This document shows, in pieces, positions 20,530 to 30,790 of a stretch of 64,000 nucleotides of DNA; position 1 is the stretch's first letter; each line of letters starts with the position of its first letter. The notes under the pieces were generated by a model, which saw only the letters and a program-made list of their open reading frames with translations, was not told the DNA's origin and did no database searches. The DNA lies in the IMG/VR virus record IMGVR_UViG_3300013772_000003, positions 10,773 to 74,772 of that record, one strand, 5' to 3'. This DNA comes from a virus. Both the position numbers and the translations under genes were made by a program.

Positions 20530-20724
20530 TTATCCGTAGTTATGTTGATAGGTTATTGATTGAATTTGTATTCCTACTGGAAAACTATTTACAGGAGATT
20601 GTACCGTGTTTTGTTGTATTACGCTTCCTTGTACGCACGCGGGACAAACCTTCACCCCTGATGAGTTAAGCCCCCATCCGCAGGGGCACCCCTTCTCTAA
20701 ATTACAGCCACTGCAAATTGCCAT
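20530..20724 (-). CDS. Small Cys-rich protein
   Basis: CSGC...GCPCG...CPAC. Confidence 0.6.
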   Translation of the reverse strand: MAICSGCNLEKGCPCGWGLNSSGVKVCPACVQGSVIQQNTVQSPVNSFPVGIQIQSITYQHNYG

Positions 20725-20756
20725 TGTATGTTGATTTTTGTTGGTTTAATTTTATT

Positions 20757-21395
20757 TTAACTTCCTGTTGTTGCTATCCATTGACCTGTAATATTTAATC
20801 CACTTGCCACTTGAGTTAAAGTAATATCATAGGAAGTATTTCTTATTGCTGAAATTAGCCCCGTCCAGCCGTTATTACCAATACTAAATCCTATTCCTAC
20901 GTTTATACAATTTGAAATATCTACAAATACACTAAGCGGGTCAGTCCCATCGCAGTCCTGAGTTATACCATTACTAAATCCTCTTGAATAGAGCGTACCT
21001 CTATCTAAATTAAAGACCACTCCTTCCCATGATTTTAATTTCTTTATTGTAGGAATAGTCAGCGTCCATGTTCCATCTAAATTATTTACAAGAGCGATCC
21101 CCGCAGCTACTTTATTAATTGTGGCTGCACTTCCATCGGCGGATAAAGTAAATGTTCCTGATTCTACTGTGTCACCTCCCGAAGGTAAATTATTCACCTG
21201 AGTCTGCAACGCTGTTACTTGCGCCTGCACCGGAGCTGTGATTTGAGATACTAAATCTATTTCATCAATAACCAATGCAGTGTATCCGCCACCTACCTGC
21301 GGGTTAGGACGCCCTAATATAAAGACATCTCCTACCTCAACTGTTTTTGCAACTGCGCCAGCACTGTACAAAGCATTAAAATCTACTATGTTCAT
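20757..21395 (-). CDS. Putative head/tail fibre protein
   Basis: Short coiled coil followed by a beta-rich domain; lies in the structural block. Confidence 0.5.
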   Translation of the reverse strand: MNIVDFNALYSAGAVAKTVEVGDVFILGRPNPQVGGGYTALVIDEIDLVSQITAPVQAQVTALQTQVNNLPSGGDTVESGTFTLSADGSAATINKVAAGIALVNNLDGTWTLTIPTIKKLKSWEGVVFNLDRGTLYSRGFSNGITQDCDGTDPLSVFVDISNCINVGIGFSIGNNGWTGLISAIRNTSYDITLTQVASGLNITGQWIATTGS

Positions 21396-21407
21396 ATTTT
21401 ATATTTT

Positions 21408-21965
21408 TTATCGTCTACACGAAGTTGTGCGACATCTTAATTTATCAAGTAATCTAAGCGCGTAAGCAAATAATTCCATTCCCTTCTTAGGCTCCAAACA
21501 AAACTCAACTTTTGCCTTAGCTGCTTTCAGAATACTTTCGATCTCGCGCAACTCTTCAAACTTCTCGTCTACTTTATCGCTCGGTTCGCAAGCACCTAAA
21601 TCCAAATCACAATAAATACTTTGAATAATGTTCAACGCTTTTGTAATTCTTAGATGGTTATACTCTACGTACACGTACTCATTCGGAGACACACTGTATT
21701 TCAGGATATATATTCCGTCAGGTAAATCAAAGTAGTCTGTTCCGCAGCGTTCCTTCTGTAATCCTAAATCGCAAGCTGTAAAATTATACATGAATCCCGG
21801 TTGTGGATTAGGTATCTCAATAGGAGTAGTAAACCCGGGCGTTGTAATAAGCAGGCGCACACAAGTAACCGGAGAATCCACGTTATAAGAACTTGAATCC
21901 GCCAAGCGAAGGATGCAGCCATTGAGCGTGTCTGGACATTCTAAGGAAAGTCTATGTTTTGCCAT
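21408..21965 (-). CDS. crAss-like structural protein (tail hub-like)
   Basis: LPDGIYILKYSVSPN motif; follows the auxiliary-capsid-like gene. Confidence 0.6.
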   Translation of the reverse strand: MAKHRLSLECPDTLNGCILRLADSSSYNVDSPVTCVRLLITTPGFTTPIEIPNPQPGFMYNFTACDLGLQKERCGTDYFDLPDGIYILKYSVSPNEYVYVEYNHLRITKALNIIQSIYCDLDLGACEPSDKVDEKFEELREIESILKAAKAKVEFCLEPKKGMELFAYALRLLDKLRCRTTSCRR

Positions 21966-21984
21966 CTCGGTGGAGTATAAATAA

Positions 21985-22025
21985 AAAGAGGAAGGGGCTT
22001 GAAAAAAACCTCTTCCCCTCTTTAT
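21985..22025. terminator. Intrinsic terminator (possibly bidirectional)
   Basis: AAAAGAGGAAGGGG...CCTCTTCCCCTCTTTT imperfect hairpin. Confidence 0.5.
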
Positions 22026-22038
22026 ATTTTAGTTAAGA

Positions 22039-23382
22039 TTAAGGAGCTAATGGAGTACAAGGTGTGCAAGCCTCTACTTCTAAAGTATTACATTCTCCTG
22101 CACAACCTGCTAACCAGTTTGCAACAAACGTTTCAAACGATCCATTGATGAGACTTGTAATGATCTCTAAACGATACTGCTCTTCTTTTGGAGTTCTTAC
22201 GTTGTCATGTGTTACAACATGGTGTATAAGCACATACTGATAGTAACGAGCTGTAGGGGATCTGCTGATTGCAGTTAACTCCTGATTACCTTGTGTAATC
22301 TCACGGATACGCAAATCAGAGTTAAACGGATTCTGACGATACTCTTCAGACATGATTAGATCACGTAACGCCTTCTCACCAGAGCCCATTGATTGTAAGC
22401 CCGGACACTCTGTATAAACACAAAGACCAGTAAATTCGCAAGGATCTCCTTCAAAATCTACTAACTCAGCATAAAATTTAAGTGGTTCGATCTCGTAATG
22501 ATCTGTGTATTGGAAAGTACAATCAAGGAAGTTTGTAGAAACAAACGCACCTAAAATACGCATACCTGCATATTTACCTGCTAAGAAGCCCGGAGATACA
22601 TACTTATCCCACTCACTTACTCCGCCGTTGGTTCCGGGAGCATACCATGCTGTACCGTTTTGATCGTAAACAATAGGAGACAAGAAATCCTTCATGTAAG
22701 GACTTGTTGTAATTTGACTTGCCCAAGAGATAAACACAAGAGTTGAATCAATAGCGGCAGGAACCGGACCTGTGCAACATGCAGCAGGAAAAGTCACTAA
22801 TTGATATGCGTTGTGGTTAAGCGCACGCAATACCGGACCTCCTTTGATGTCGATACGTAAGCTGTAAGACTCTCCACAAAGGAAAGTAAAACAACACTTT
22901 GGATCAGTTGGTGATAATGTTTTTGTGTAATTGGTAGTACCAATGTGCATCACTTGTTGTTGTGGTGCACATGGATCTACGCGATAAAACTTCGTTACCT
23001 TATTAGGGTCGATCTTACGAGACTTTGGAGTCTCAGTAACACCTCCGTATGTAGGAGATAAAATATCATTTGTAAATACCGAAGCCGAAGCTAACAGTAA
23101 AGGACAGCAACCAAGACCAGAACCGCCTCCGGCTACTGATTTAAAAGTTGAAGCATCAAACATACCAAAAGTACCCGTACCAAACGTACCAAACGTAGAT
23201 AAAGCGTTGTAGGGAGCAACCGAAGAGTTTCCGACTGCGGGGTTTCCGGGGGTTTGATTTAAAATTTGGGTTGATAAGCCTGCGGTGATTACGAAACCAT
23301 TTGAGAGATTTGCGTTTGCATTACCTTTGGTTGTTTGCGTTCCTACGAATACCTTCGTGGGCGCGTGGTTAAAATAAGCCAT
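22039..23382 (-). CDS. crAss-like structural protein (auxiliary capsid protein-like)
   Basis: MAYFNHA start, YSLRIDIKG; synteny after the ring gene; own promoter box and terminator. Confidence 0.55.
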   Translation of the reverse strand: MAYFNHAPTKVFVGTQTTKGNANANLSNGFVITAGLSTQILNQTPGNPAVGNSSVAPYNALSTFGTFGTGTFGMFDASTFKSVAGGGSGLGCCPLLLASASVFTNDILSPTYGGVTETPKSRKIDPNKVTKFYRVDPCAPQQQVMHIGTTNYTKTLSPTDPKCCFTFLCGESYSLRIDIKGGPVLRALNHNAYQLVTFPAACCTGPVPAAIDSTLVFISWASQITTSPYMKDFLSPIVYDQNGTAWYAPGTNGGVSEWDKYVSPGFLAGKYAGMRILGAFVSTNFLDCTFQYTDHYEIEPLKFYAELVDFEGDPCEFTGLCVYTECPGLQSMGSGEKALRDLIMSEEYRQNPFNSDLRIREITQGNQELTAISRSPTARYYQYVLIHHVVTHDNVRTPKEEQYRLEIITSLINGSFETFVANWLAGCAGECNTLEVEACTPCTPLAP

Positions 23383-23476
23383 GTGGAGTGTTTTTAGTTT
23401 AGTTTTTCAAGTGACGTTCACTAATGCAGCAAAGATATATCAACAACTCTGATTCAATCAAAAAAGTTTTCAACAC

Positions 23477-24187
23477 CTAATTATTTTCATCTACTGTTTT
23501 TTGGTCACGTTGTATTTGAAGTAATGATTCGATGTCCCCAGCGAGTTTCTTAGCGGTATCTACAATCATAAGTTCTATCATATCATCGTTAAACTCACTT
23601 GTTACGTCCACCGTTGGGGTAAGTCCCGTATAAGAATCTTTCACCCCTGCAATCTGAATATGTCGAGGCTGTTTGTAGTATGTGAGCGTAACGTCCTGTA
23701 CATCGAACTTATTATCGGTATATATTTTAAACTTGTTGCTACCAAATGTTGCAAATGTTTCCGCCCATTCAAAAGAAGGTTGCTTGTTTACATCTCTCAG
23801 GAGAATATCTGGGTTTGCCTCTTCTCCAATGTAAATTACTAATCTGCGCGGTTCAGGACAACATTCATTAATTGCGTTTGCGGAAATTCTTTTGAAGCGC
23901 AAGTAATCTGCGGGAAGTACTGCTGCTGTTTCAAAAAACTCCTGACGATTGTTCATAAGTAGTTTCGAAGTCGTAACCAAAAGCATCTGAAAATCATCAA
24001 TACGTGATGTAGACTCCTCATCGCCCTCACGCTTTATATTTAGACCGTGCAAATTTCGTCGGGTAAACAACGGCTGTACTGTATTGTAAGCATCCACTAT
24101 TGTCCATGCAGGCAAATTAGTAAAATCATTTGAATCTAATTTATTCAGCGCTACTTTAATTTTTAAAAGAATGGCGGCGTTTAACAT
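23477..24187 (-). CDS. Tail ring protein
   Basis: LNKLDSND, LPADYL, PSFEWAET, LTYYKQP; conserved position downstream of MCP. Confidence 0.65.
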   Translation of the reverse strand: MLNAAILLKIKVALNKLDSNDFTNLPAWTIVDAYNTVQPLFTRRNLHGLNIKREGDEESTSRIDDFQMLLVTTSKLLMNNRQEFFETAAVLPADYLRFKRISANAINECCPEPRRLVIYIGEEANPDILLRDVNKQPSFEWAETFATFGSNKFKIYTDNKFDVQDVTLTYYKQPRHIQIAGVKDSYTGLTPTVDVTSEFNDDMIELMIVDTAKKLAGDIESLLQIQRDQKTVDENN

Positions 24188-24284
24188 GTTATGGAGTTTT
24201 AGTATACAAAGATAAACACAAATTTACATAAAAAAGAAATGCTCCGTTAAGAGCATTATCTTTTGTTGAACCTCTTCACAGAGA

Positions 24285-24407
24285 TTATTTCTTTACTTTA
24301 GCAGGAGCGTTAGTGCTTTTTTTGTTTACACCTTTAACTACTTTAGCTTTAGGATTACCACTTGACATACCACCAGTTGTTCCTGATTTTGCTTTTTTTG
24401 CTTTCAT
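24285..24407 (-). CDS. 40-aa Lys-rich basic peptide
   Basis: Manual translation MKAKKAKSGTTGGMSSGNPKAKVVKGVNKKSTNAPAKVKK; A/C-rich leader; hairpin downstream. Confidence 0.6.
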   Translation of the reverse strand: MKAKKAKSGTTGGMSSGNPKAKVVKGVNKKSTNAPAKVKK

Positions 24408-24437
24408 TTTGTTTTTGTTTTTATTTGTTGGTTTAAA

Positions 24438-25463
24438 TTATTTCTGCCACTCGAGTTCAACTGATTTTTGTACCGACTCTAACACTCTCTCGTTCATAGG
24501 ACTGTTCAAGTATGCTACCACCTCTGCAACGTTAGCACCGCATCTTGTGTGAGAATCTGCGTGCCAAATACCATCCGGTTTTGCTATCAGGAAATTGTAT
24601 ATACATGCGTCCTTAACGATTGCAATAAGCTTCAGGTCCTCGATTTTCATGTCGATAGTATCCAAAAACTTCTTAGCTGCATACTTCATGGTTTTCTCTT
24701 CGCCGCGACCATTGATATACGCATCCGCATCTTCGTATAATGAATCAAGCGGTGTAGAAGGTTTGTATCCTACACAGTCAATTAATATATTCTTCAATAC
24801 AAAACGCAATTTCTCCGCGTCGTTTTCAAACAACTTCTGCATCTGCTCAATCGCTTTGTTTTTAAGCTTGCTGAGAGTAACTTTATCAGAAACTGTTTTT
24901 TCAAAACGATCTAAGTACCATTTGAATTTGTTTGTTTTGCGAGCAACCTCATAAGAAGGAGCAACTGAATCATATCCGCCGGCTTCAAGCACACGAAGTT
25001 TAATCAGATCGTATGGGTTGTTTGCCGTGTCCAGCATGACCGCTTCGTTGGTCAGACGTAATTCGTTTTCGCGCTTACCCCAAAAAGTTTTATTCTGAGG
25101 ATGCACCGTCTTTACCTTCGCCCAAAACTCAGCAGGGTCTAACTCCGCATCTTTTGGAGACATTGGGTTTGAACCAATCATCTGTTCAAGATAAATTACG
25201 TCCTTGCGAATTTCTTTTATTTTCGCTTTACGTTCTTTTTCCTCCAAGCGCATTACTGCAGGAGAAAATTCGTCTAAGCCAGTGATGTACTTTAAACCAC
25301 TTCCTGAATCAGAGCAAGTAATTTGCTCTCCGTGGGTGGTTCCTTCGTGAATAACAAGTCCATTTTTAGATAACCCAAGATCTCCCGGGTCTTCTACGAT
25401 AAAAGGACGAATCGCTAATTTAGGTAATGTTTTTGGTTTGGGTGCTTCTGCTACTGTACTCAT
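24438..25463 (-). CDS. Conserved crAss-like protein downstream of MCP
   Basis: KYITGLDEF, NPYDLIK, EVVAYLNSPMN; probable start MSTVAE at 25463. Confidence 0.65.
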   Translation of the reverse strand: MSTVAEAPKPKTLPKLAIRPFIVEDPGDLGLSKNGLVIHEGTTHGEQITCSDSGSGLKYITGLDEFSPAVMRLEEKERKAKIKEIRKDVIYLEQMIGSNPMSPKDAELDPAEFWAKVKTVHPQNKTFWGKRENELRLTNEAVMLDTANNPYDLIKLRVLEAGGYDSVAPSYEVARKTNKFKWYLDRFEKTVSDKVTLSKLKNKAIEQMQKLFENDAEKLRFVLKNILIDCVGYKPSTPLDSLYEDADAYINGRGEEKTMKYAAKKFLDTIDMKIEDLKLIAIVKDACIYNFLIAKPDGIWHADSHTRCGANVAEVVAYLNSPMNERVLESVQKSVELEWQK

Positions 25464-25529
25464 ATTGTTGGTTATTTGTTGGTTTAAAAAAAATCCCACA
25501 CCTTTTGTTGATATGGGATTATAGAATCA

Positions 25530-26546
25530 TTACGATACTTTCAAGAAAGATATAGTTGTAGATGCTGCATTTGTAGTACTTGAATTAGGACCAAATTGCA
25601 CTGCTGCTGTGTTACCAGCGGCAGCCATTAAAGCGATCTTATCGCCGGCACTAACTGCAACTATTACAGTTCTTGACATCTGAGTAGTATTCAGAGTTCC
25701 AGACATTGTGTATGGTATTGGTAACATACCGGCGACATTTGCTCCTTGATATATCACAATACCTGCATCTGCTGGTCCTGATAAAGGAGTTGCTGCATAA
25801 CTCATTTGGTACCTACCGGCTGTTGTAAAAGTAAATATAGTACCAGTACCTCCACCAACGGGACCTACCCCAACTACAGATGTAATACTTGCATCTAATA
25901 GATCACCCGTAGTAAATGTTATTGGTTGTGCTGCTGCAATTGTTCCGGGTTGAGATCCAATTTGAGAATATTGAGCAGAAACTAAAGATGTTCCGCCGCT
26001 CGAAACAACACTAAGAGGACTTGCTGCGGTACCAGTTCCCGTCAAAGTTGTATCTGTTGTTATCCCAGCACAGCCTAAACTACAAGCAAAAGATACCCAA
26101 GTGTTACAACCGGTTTTGGTTATCCACACAGAACCTCCTGATGCAATAGTAATGGCAGCATTTACAGCTCCTCCATCTATTGTATCGCCTACGCAAGGGA
26201 ATATGCTTAATGTACCGGGACCTGAATTCTTTATGATTACAGGACCTGCCGCGTCAAGCGTAACATTTCCTGTGCAACAATTGCAAGAAGATGTAGGCGA
26301 ACACGGACCTATATTACAAGGAAGGTTTACACTGTCCCCTGTTGTTGCTGTTGTTACAATATTTATACCAACGATTAGTAATGTACCCGAAGCTTGACCA
26401 CCTCCCGCAAATGCGGTTATAGATTGATTCATGTTGAATTGGTTAAGTTGGTCTACAATAGCATTCAGTTCCCCATAGTTAGCAAGAGTTGCATCACTTG
26501 GTTCAAGTATGTAAGGATTGGGGCGTTTTGGAGTGAAATGGTTCAT
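25530..26546 (-). CDS. Head-fibre-like protein with C-terminal BclA/C1q-like domain
   Basis: TFTTAGRYQMSY, IVAVSAGDKIAL, ASTTISFLKV; TDTTLTGTGTAASPL linker. Confidence 0.6.
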   Translation of the reverse strand: MNHFTPKRPNPYILEPSDATLANYGELNAIVDQLNQFNMNQSITAFAGGGQASGTLLIVGINIVTTATTGDSVNLPCNIGPCSPTSSCNCCTGNVTLDAAGPVIIKNSGPGTLSIFPCVGDTIDGGAVNAAITIASGGSVWITKTGCNTWVSFACSLGCAGITTDTTLTGTGTAASPLSVVSSGGTSLVSAQYSQIGSQPGTIAAAQPITFTTGDLLDASITSVVGVGPVGGGTGTIFTFTTAGRYQMSYAATPLSGPADAGIVIYQGANVAGMLPIPYTMSGTLNTTQMSRTVIVAVSAGDKIALMAAAGNTAAVQFGPNSSTTNAASTTISFLKVS

Positions 26547-26697
26547 CTATTATAGTTTTATAATGACGTTGGTTTTTTAAATTTTTTATACTTCTTTTAC
26601 CGAGTACGGGAACCTTTTTAGGGGCTCCCGTTTTTCGATTTTAAAATCCTTCTCGCTTGGAAGTATGGAAGTGGGCGAGGGGATTATTATTTTTATT

Positions 26698-27648
26698 TTA
26701 ATAGATTATGTTGTATCTTTTTAATATCTCAAGATATGTTGCGTACTTTCTGTCAAGATAAGTTGTAGAGTCTTTGTAGAGAACTTGAATGACTTTAACC
26801 ATATCTTGTCCGTAATAGTGAACTTGGTAATGCCCCAACCCTTCCGCCTTGCTGGGATACTTATCTTTTATTCCCGCCTCTTTGCTACAAAAAATTATAA
26901 AATCAAAGACGGTTTCCAAAGTACCACAAAGCATCATTTGAGGAGTATCTTTGCGATTATAAACTCCTCCGTCCCCATCTACCGCCCCTCTCCAAAAGTC
27001 TCTCGACCATTTTAAGTCGGGATGTGGTTTGGCTGTGTAACTTTTCGCACTATCAAAACCGAGTTCTCTCAAACGATCATACATTCTTTTTGAATATACC
27101 CTAAGTCGAGCTATATCTTTGTTTTTAGGAAAGTCTATTGTTTTGTTACATCCCAAAAACTCTCTATACTTCTCAACGTGCTTTACATCATTAGAGTGTA
27201 TGCCTAACTCTATCCCAACCTCCTTACCTAACTGGCGAACGTGCCCATCAGCGTAAAGAAATCCTACCCAGTACAATGCGTCAGGAGTCAGTACATCAAA
27301 ACAATTTTCGTTTAAAACGCTTCCCCACCGCAGTCTCCATTGGTCGGATTTAGTTTTATACTTAACTTCTTTTGTTTTAAGAAGGTTTCGAATTGTCTTC
27401 CGGGTTAAACCCAAAGTTTGCTCTATATAGATTTGAGGCTTACCTTGCTCATACAGCTCTATGACCTGTTTGAGTTTTTCTTGGTACCTCTCCGCTTCTG
27501 CAGCAACATAATCAATTTCAAAGAACGATAATACTTTTTTTACTGTTTGTTGTGATGAGGAAGTGAGTTCACAAATTTTGGTGAGAATCACTCCCTCATT
27601 ATACAACTTTAATATTAATTCGGACTTCTCTCTGCTTTTCTGATACAT
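26698..27648 (-). CDS. Free-standing LAGLIDADG homing endonuclease with N-terminal HTH repeats
   Basis: YWVGFLYADG and FWRGAVDGDG motifs; C-terminal YLDRK; own TATCTTTG box at 27664-27671. Confidence 0.85.
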   Translation of the reverse strand: MYQKSREKSELILKLYNEGVILTKICELTSSSQQTVKKVLSFFEIDYVAAEAERYQEKLKQVIELYEQGKPQIYIEQTLGLTRKTIRNLLKTKEVKYKTKSDQWRLRWGSVLNENCFDVLTPDALYWVGFLYADGHVRQLGKEVGIELGIHSNDVKHVEKYREFLGCNKTIDFPKNKDIARLRVYSKRMYDRLRELGFDSAKSYTAKPHPDLKWSRDFWRGAVDGDGGVYNRKDTPQMMLCGTLETVFDFIIFCSKEAGIKDKYPSKAEGLGHYQVHYYGQDMVKVIQVLYKDSTTYLDRKYATYLEILKRYNIIY

Positions 27649-27707
27649 ATCCTTATATTTCTACAAAGATATGAAAAGTAATTTAAAATCCAATAACTAT
27701 TTTATCA

Positions 27708-29342
27708 TCACATACTAAAACCCGTAATTGGGTTCTTCAACGTGATTTTTAATATCTTACTCGGATCTTTTACCCAAACCGCTTTGTGAGCCTGCTGCAT
27801 AAACACTCTGAATCCAGAGAATTCTCCGCTTGACTGATGTCCATTGCGACCTAAGTAGTCCATAGTACCGTTTTGGTATCTCCAACGTAAAGCACCAGCA
27901 TCTCCTTCTTTTTGTAACAGGAAGATGTTGTCGTTCGTGTTGTTAGTTACGTCAAAAATCAAGAAACTATAAGAAGATAATGGATACCCGTCGATCAACG
28001 GATTCTCAATATCGTTCGTGTTAAAGTTGTCTAACGCCGGGTTAATTTTGAAAGTCAAATTAGCCAAGAAAGGAATTTTGTACTTAGTGTACGCATATCC
28101 GAATCCTAAGTTCATGCTCTGACCTTGGATTGCTCCGATACCGTCTTTCTCCGCTGCTTGGATAAGGAATCCAGCACTTGCTGCTTCCTGCGCGATAAGT
28201 TCGTTTACCATACGCATTCCTCCCATACCTGTTTGCACTTCGATTTCGCGAAGAGAATCAGGACCGGTTAAACCCACACGACCCGCGTAGAAGTTGTATA
28301 ACTGAGAACGGAATAAATCAAGAGAGAAGCTTGCTTTGTTGTAAACATATTTGTATGCGCTGTCTAACTGCTTCCAAAGACCAGTTGACATACGTAAATC
28401 ATCAGCACCATCGCGCTGAATACGTCCACCTTTACCCCACATCAAATAAGTTTCGATGTCAAGAGCCACTTTAGAAACGTGAGCCGCTTCCATTGCAGTT
28501 AAGAAAGTATAAGATAAACGTCCATCAGCATAAGCGTCTTTCATATACGCACCACCTTTCTTCGCTTTTAACTGCTCAAGAGAGGTGATTGTTGCGATTG
28601 AAGGATCGTTTTTATCCTTGATGTTCCAAATTTCTGTTACGTTTAACGCCCCTTGTGCGCTTACTCCGTTTTTTGCCATTAAAGCTGCACGATCAGTCAC
28701 TGTAAAGTGAGCGTTAGCATCAGTTTGCCCAACGAAGTTGTACCACTGACGAGCGCCTGAACGAATCGAAACGTCATCATATTTACCCGGATACTCTCCA
28801 GTAGCACTTGTTACACGAAACACCTTAGTTCCATTAGCAAGATACTTATTATCCAAGAAATTTACGTTTGCGTTATTCACCAAACGAACTGTGTAAATAA
28901 ATCCATCACCTATTGGTAAAATAGGATCAGCAGTCACATACATCTCAGCACCGTTGAATTTATCGAAGGTGAAGATTGCGCTGTGACCAAACTCCTGACG
29001 GTTTAATTTCACACGGAAAGTGCTTCCGTCAATACCTTTTGTGGTATTTGATGGATCAATGTCCTCAATGATATAAGGAAGATCCTGAGAAATTGGAGTT
29101 TCCCAAGTATATTCTCCGCGAATACCGGCAACTTTGATTGTGTTTTTTCCTCCAAAAGAAGAAAATTGATATAAAGGCATCTCGACTTTTTGAGTCATTG
29201 CCCAAATATCCACAGGACCTAAATCCATAGGTTTCACATCATGCAACATATTGCGCATGTGGTAAGAGTCAATGTGAGAAGACGCATTCAGTGTTGTGTC
29301 TCGTAGGAATATCCCCGAGCCGGAGAAATTAGGAGTTGCCAT
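27708..29342 (-). CDS. Major capsid protein (Crassvirales HK97-type)
   Basis: SHIDSYH...DLGPVDIWAM, YLMWG, TGMGG, VWVKDPSK; follows portal and scaffold-like genes. Confidence 0.9.
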   Translation of the reverse strand: MATPNFSGSGIFLRDTTLNASSHIDSYHMRNMLHDVKPMDLGPVDIWAMTQKVEMPLYQFSSFGGKNTIKVAGIRGEYTWETPISQDLPYIIEDIDPSNTTKGIDGSTFRVKLNRQEFGHSAIFTFDKFNGAEMYVTADPILPIGDGFIYTVRLVNNANVNFLDNKYLANGTKVFRVTSATGEYPGKYDDVSIRSGARQWYNFVGQTDANAHFTVTDRAALMAKNGVSAQGALNVTEIWNIKDKNDPSIATITSLEQLKAKKGGAYMKDAYADGRLSYTFLTAMEAAHVSKVALDIETYLMWGKGGRIQRDGADDLRMSTGLWKQLDSAYKYVYNKASFSLDLFRSQLYNFYAGRVGLTGPDSLREIEVQTGMGGMRMVNELIAQEAASAGFLIQAAEKDGIGAIQGQSMNLGFGYAYTKYKIPFLANLTFKINPALDNFNTNDIENPLIDGYPLSSYSFLIFDVTNNTNDNIFLLQKEGDAGALRWRYQNGTMDYLGRNGHQSSGEFSGFRVFMQQAHKAVWVKDPSKILKITLKNPITGFSM

Positions 29343-29386
29343 TTGTGGAGTTTTTAGTTGTTAAGTTGTTGTTTTTTTTGTTTAGT

Positions 29387-30697
29387 TTAATCTCGTTTAA
29401 AAGGATTAACCGGATCTCGACGTTTCAGCGTCTTGACCGTTCTTCCTGCGGCTGCGTCATCGTCATCCTCTGTTGTAGATGCATTACGACTTGCCTGTTC
29501 AATTTTTAATTTTTTTACTGTCTCTGTTACCTTTGCAGTAGCTCCTTGTTCGCGTGCTTTAGCAAGAAATCCTTCTTTATCTTTTAGAATCCATGCCACC
29601 AAAGCAACAGTTTCTAAATCCCGATTTTTACCAAATTGTTTGCTTTCCAGAAGATACGCCATTTCGTTAGCCTGCCTTCCGTTCATATCTGTAAACTTAG
29701 GAAGTACTAATGCGTGATATAATCCTTTTTGTGTCTTATCGTCCAACTTCAACCCCCCAAGTACTTTAGGAGCTAACGTATTGAAAACATTATCCATATA
29801 TTCAGCCGCTCCTGCTTCTGCATTTCTGCGAGCCTGTTCCACCCTTTTCACGTTTTGTTCAATTCTTTGTTGTTGAGCAGAATCTAATTTGGGTTTAAAC
29901 TGTTTTGCTTTTTTCTCAAGTTCTTCTTTATCTTTAAGGGACGCAATCTCTTCGTCAAGCTCTTCGGGAGAGGAATTGTCTCTCATCTGCAAATAATTGC
30001 GTACAATAGCTTCTTGCCCCTCCTCAGTTTCTACATCAAGGTTTGTTGTATCAGCAACCTGAGTTACCACTCTTAAAATATGATGTACATCCTGAGCAGT
30101 GTACCCCCCTTTAGCCCCCTTTAAGTTCTCTAAATAAACAAATGCGGTTTGAAACTCTTCCGGTAATGAATCAAAAAAAGCAACAGGAATCTCTTCCTTT
30201 ACTTTATCTTCACGATGCGCAAGATTGAGTTCAATAAATTCTTTGTAGTCATCCTTAGTCCACTCTTCCATAGGCTTTGGATCATCCAACGCGACAAACT
30301 TTTCTTCTTTTATAAGTTCGCTCATCAACTGTTGAAGTCCACCTTTTTGAAATTCTGGACGACCTTTTTTCTTTTTTTCTTCCTCAGTGTCTTCGTTCTG
30401 AGCTTCTGCTATAATATCTGCAGCACTTTTATCTTTATCCTTATCTACAGCTAAAAGTTCAGCAGCTTTTTTATCAGCCTCTGCTTTTACAGTGTCTGCA
30501 GCTTTCTTCTTGTCGTCAGCTATTTCTTTTTCAAGTGCTGCTGCGTCAAGAGGCTCGTCAGTGTCTCTTGTAAATGACTTTTTTTCTGTGGTTTGGGTGA
30601 TAACATTCTCACCAGTGGCAATACCTAATAACTCAGCGACAGCTTGGTTATCCAAGGTAACTTGTGAAATCTCGGTATTTTCGGTATTGTCTGCCAT
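29387..30697 (-). CDS. Acidic coiled-coil protein upstream of MCP (scaffold-like)
   Basis: D/E/K-rich, FFDSLPEE; conserved crAss position. Confidence 0.65.
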   Translation of the reverse strand: MADNTENTEISQVTLDNQAVAELLGIATGENVITQTTEKKSFTRDTDEPLDAAALEKEIADDKKKAADTVKAEADKKAAELLAVDKDKDKSAADIIAEAQNEDTEEEKKKKGRPEFQKGGLQQLMSELIKEEKFVALDDPKPMEEWTKDDYKEFIELNLAHREDKVKEEIPVAFFDSLPEEFQTAFVYLENLKGAKGGYTAQDVHHILRVVTQVADTTNLDVETEEGQEAIVRNYLQMRDNSSPEELDEEIASLKDKEELEKKAKQFKPKLDSAQQQRIEQNVKRVEQARRNAEAGAAEYMDNVFNTLAPKVLGGLKLDDKTQKGLYHALVLPKFTDMNGRQANEMAYLLESKQFGKNRDLETVALVAWILKDKEGFLAKAREQGATAKVTETVKKLKIEQASRNASTTEDDDDAAAGRTVKTLKRRDPVNPFKRD

Positions 30698-30790
30698 ACT
30701 ATTGTTGGTTTAGTTGGTTTTTTGTCTTAGGTTTTACCCCAATACAAAGCAAAAATAAATAATAATTGTGTAGAAGTATGAGGAAAGTTA

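Noticed and set aside
26546-27708. Group I intron around the LAGLIDADG gene
   Set aside because: MCP appears complete, the flanks are too short, and no intron core is seen.
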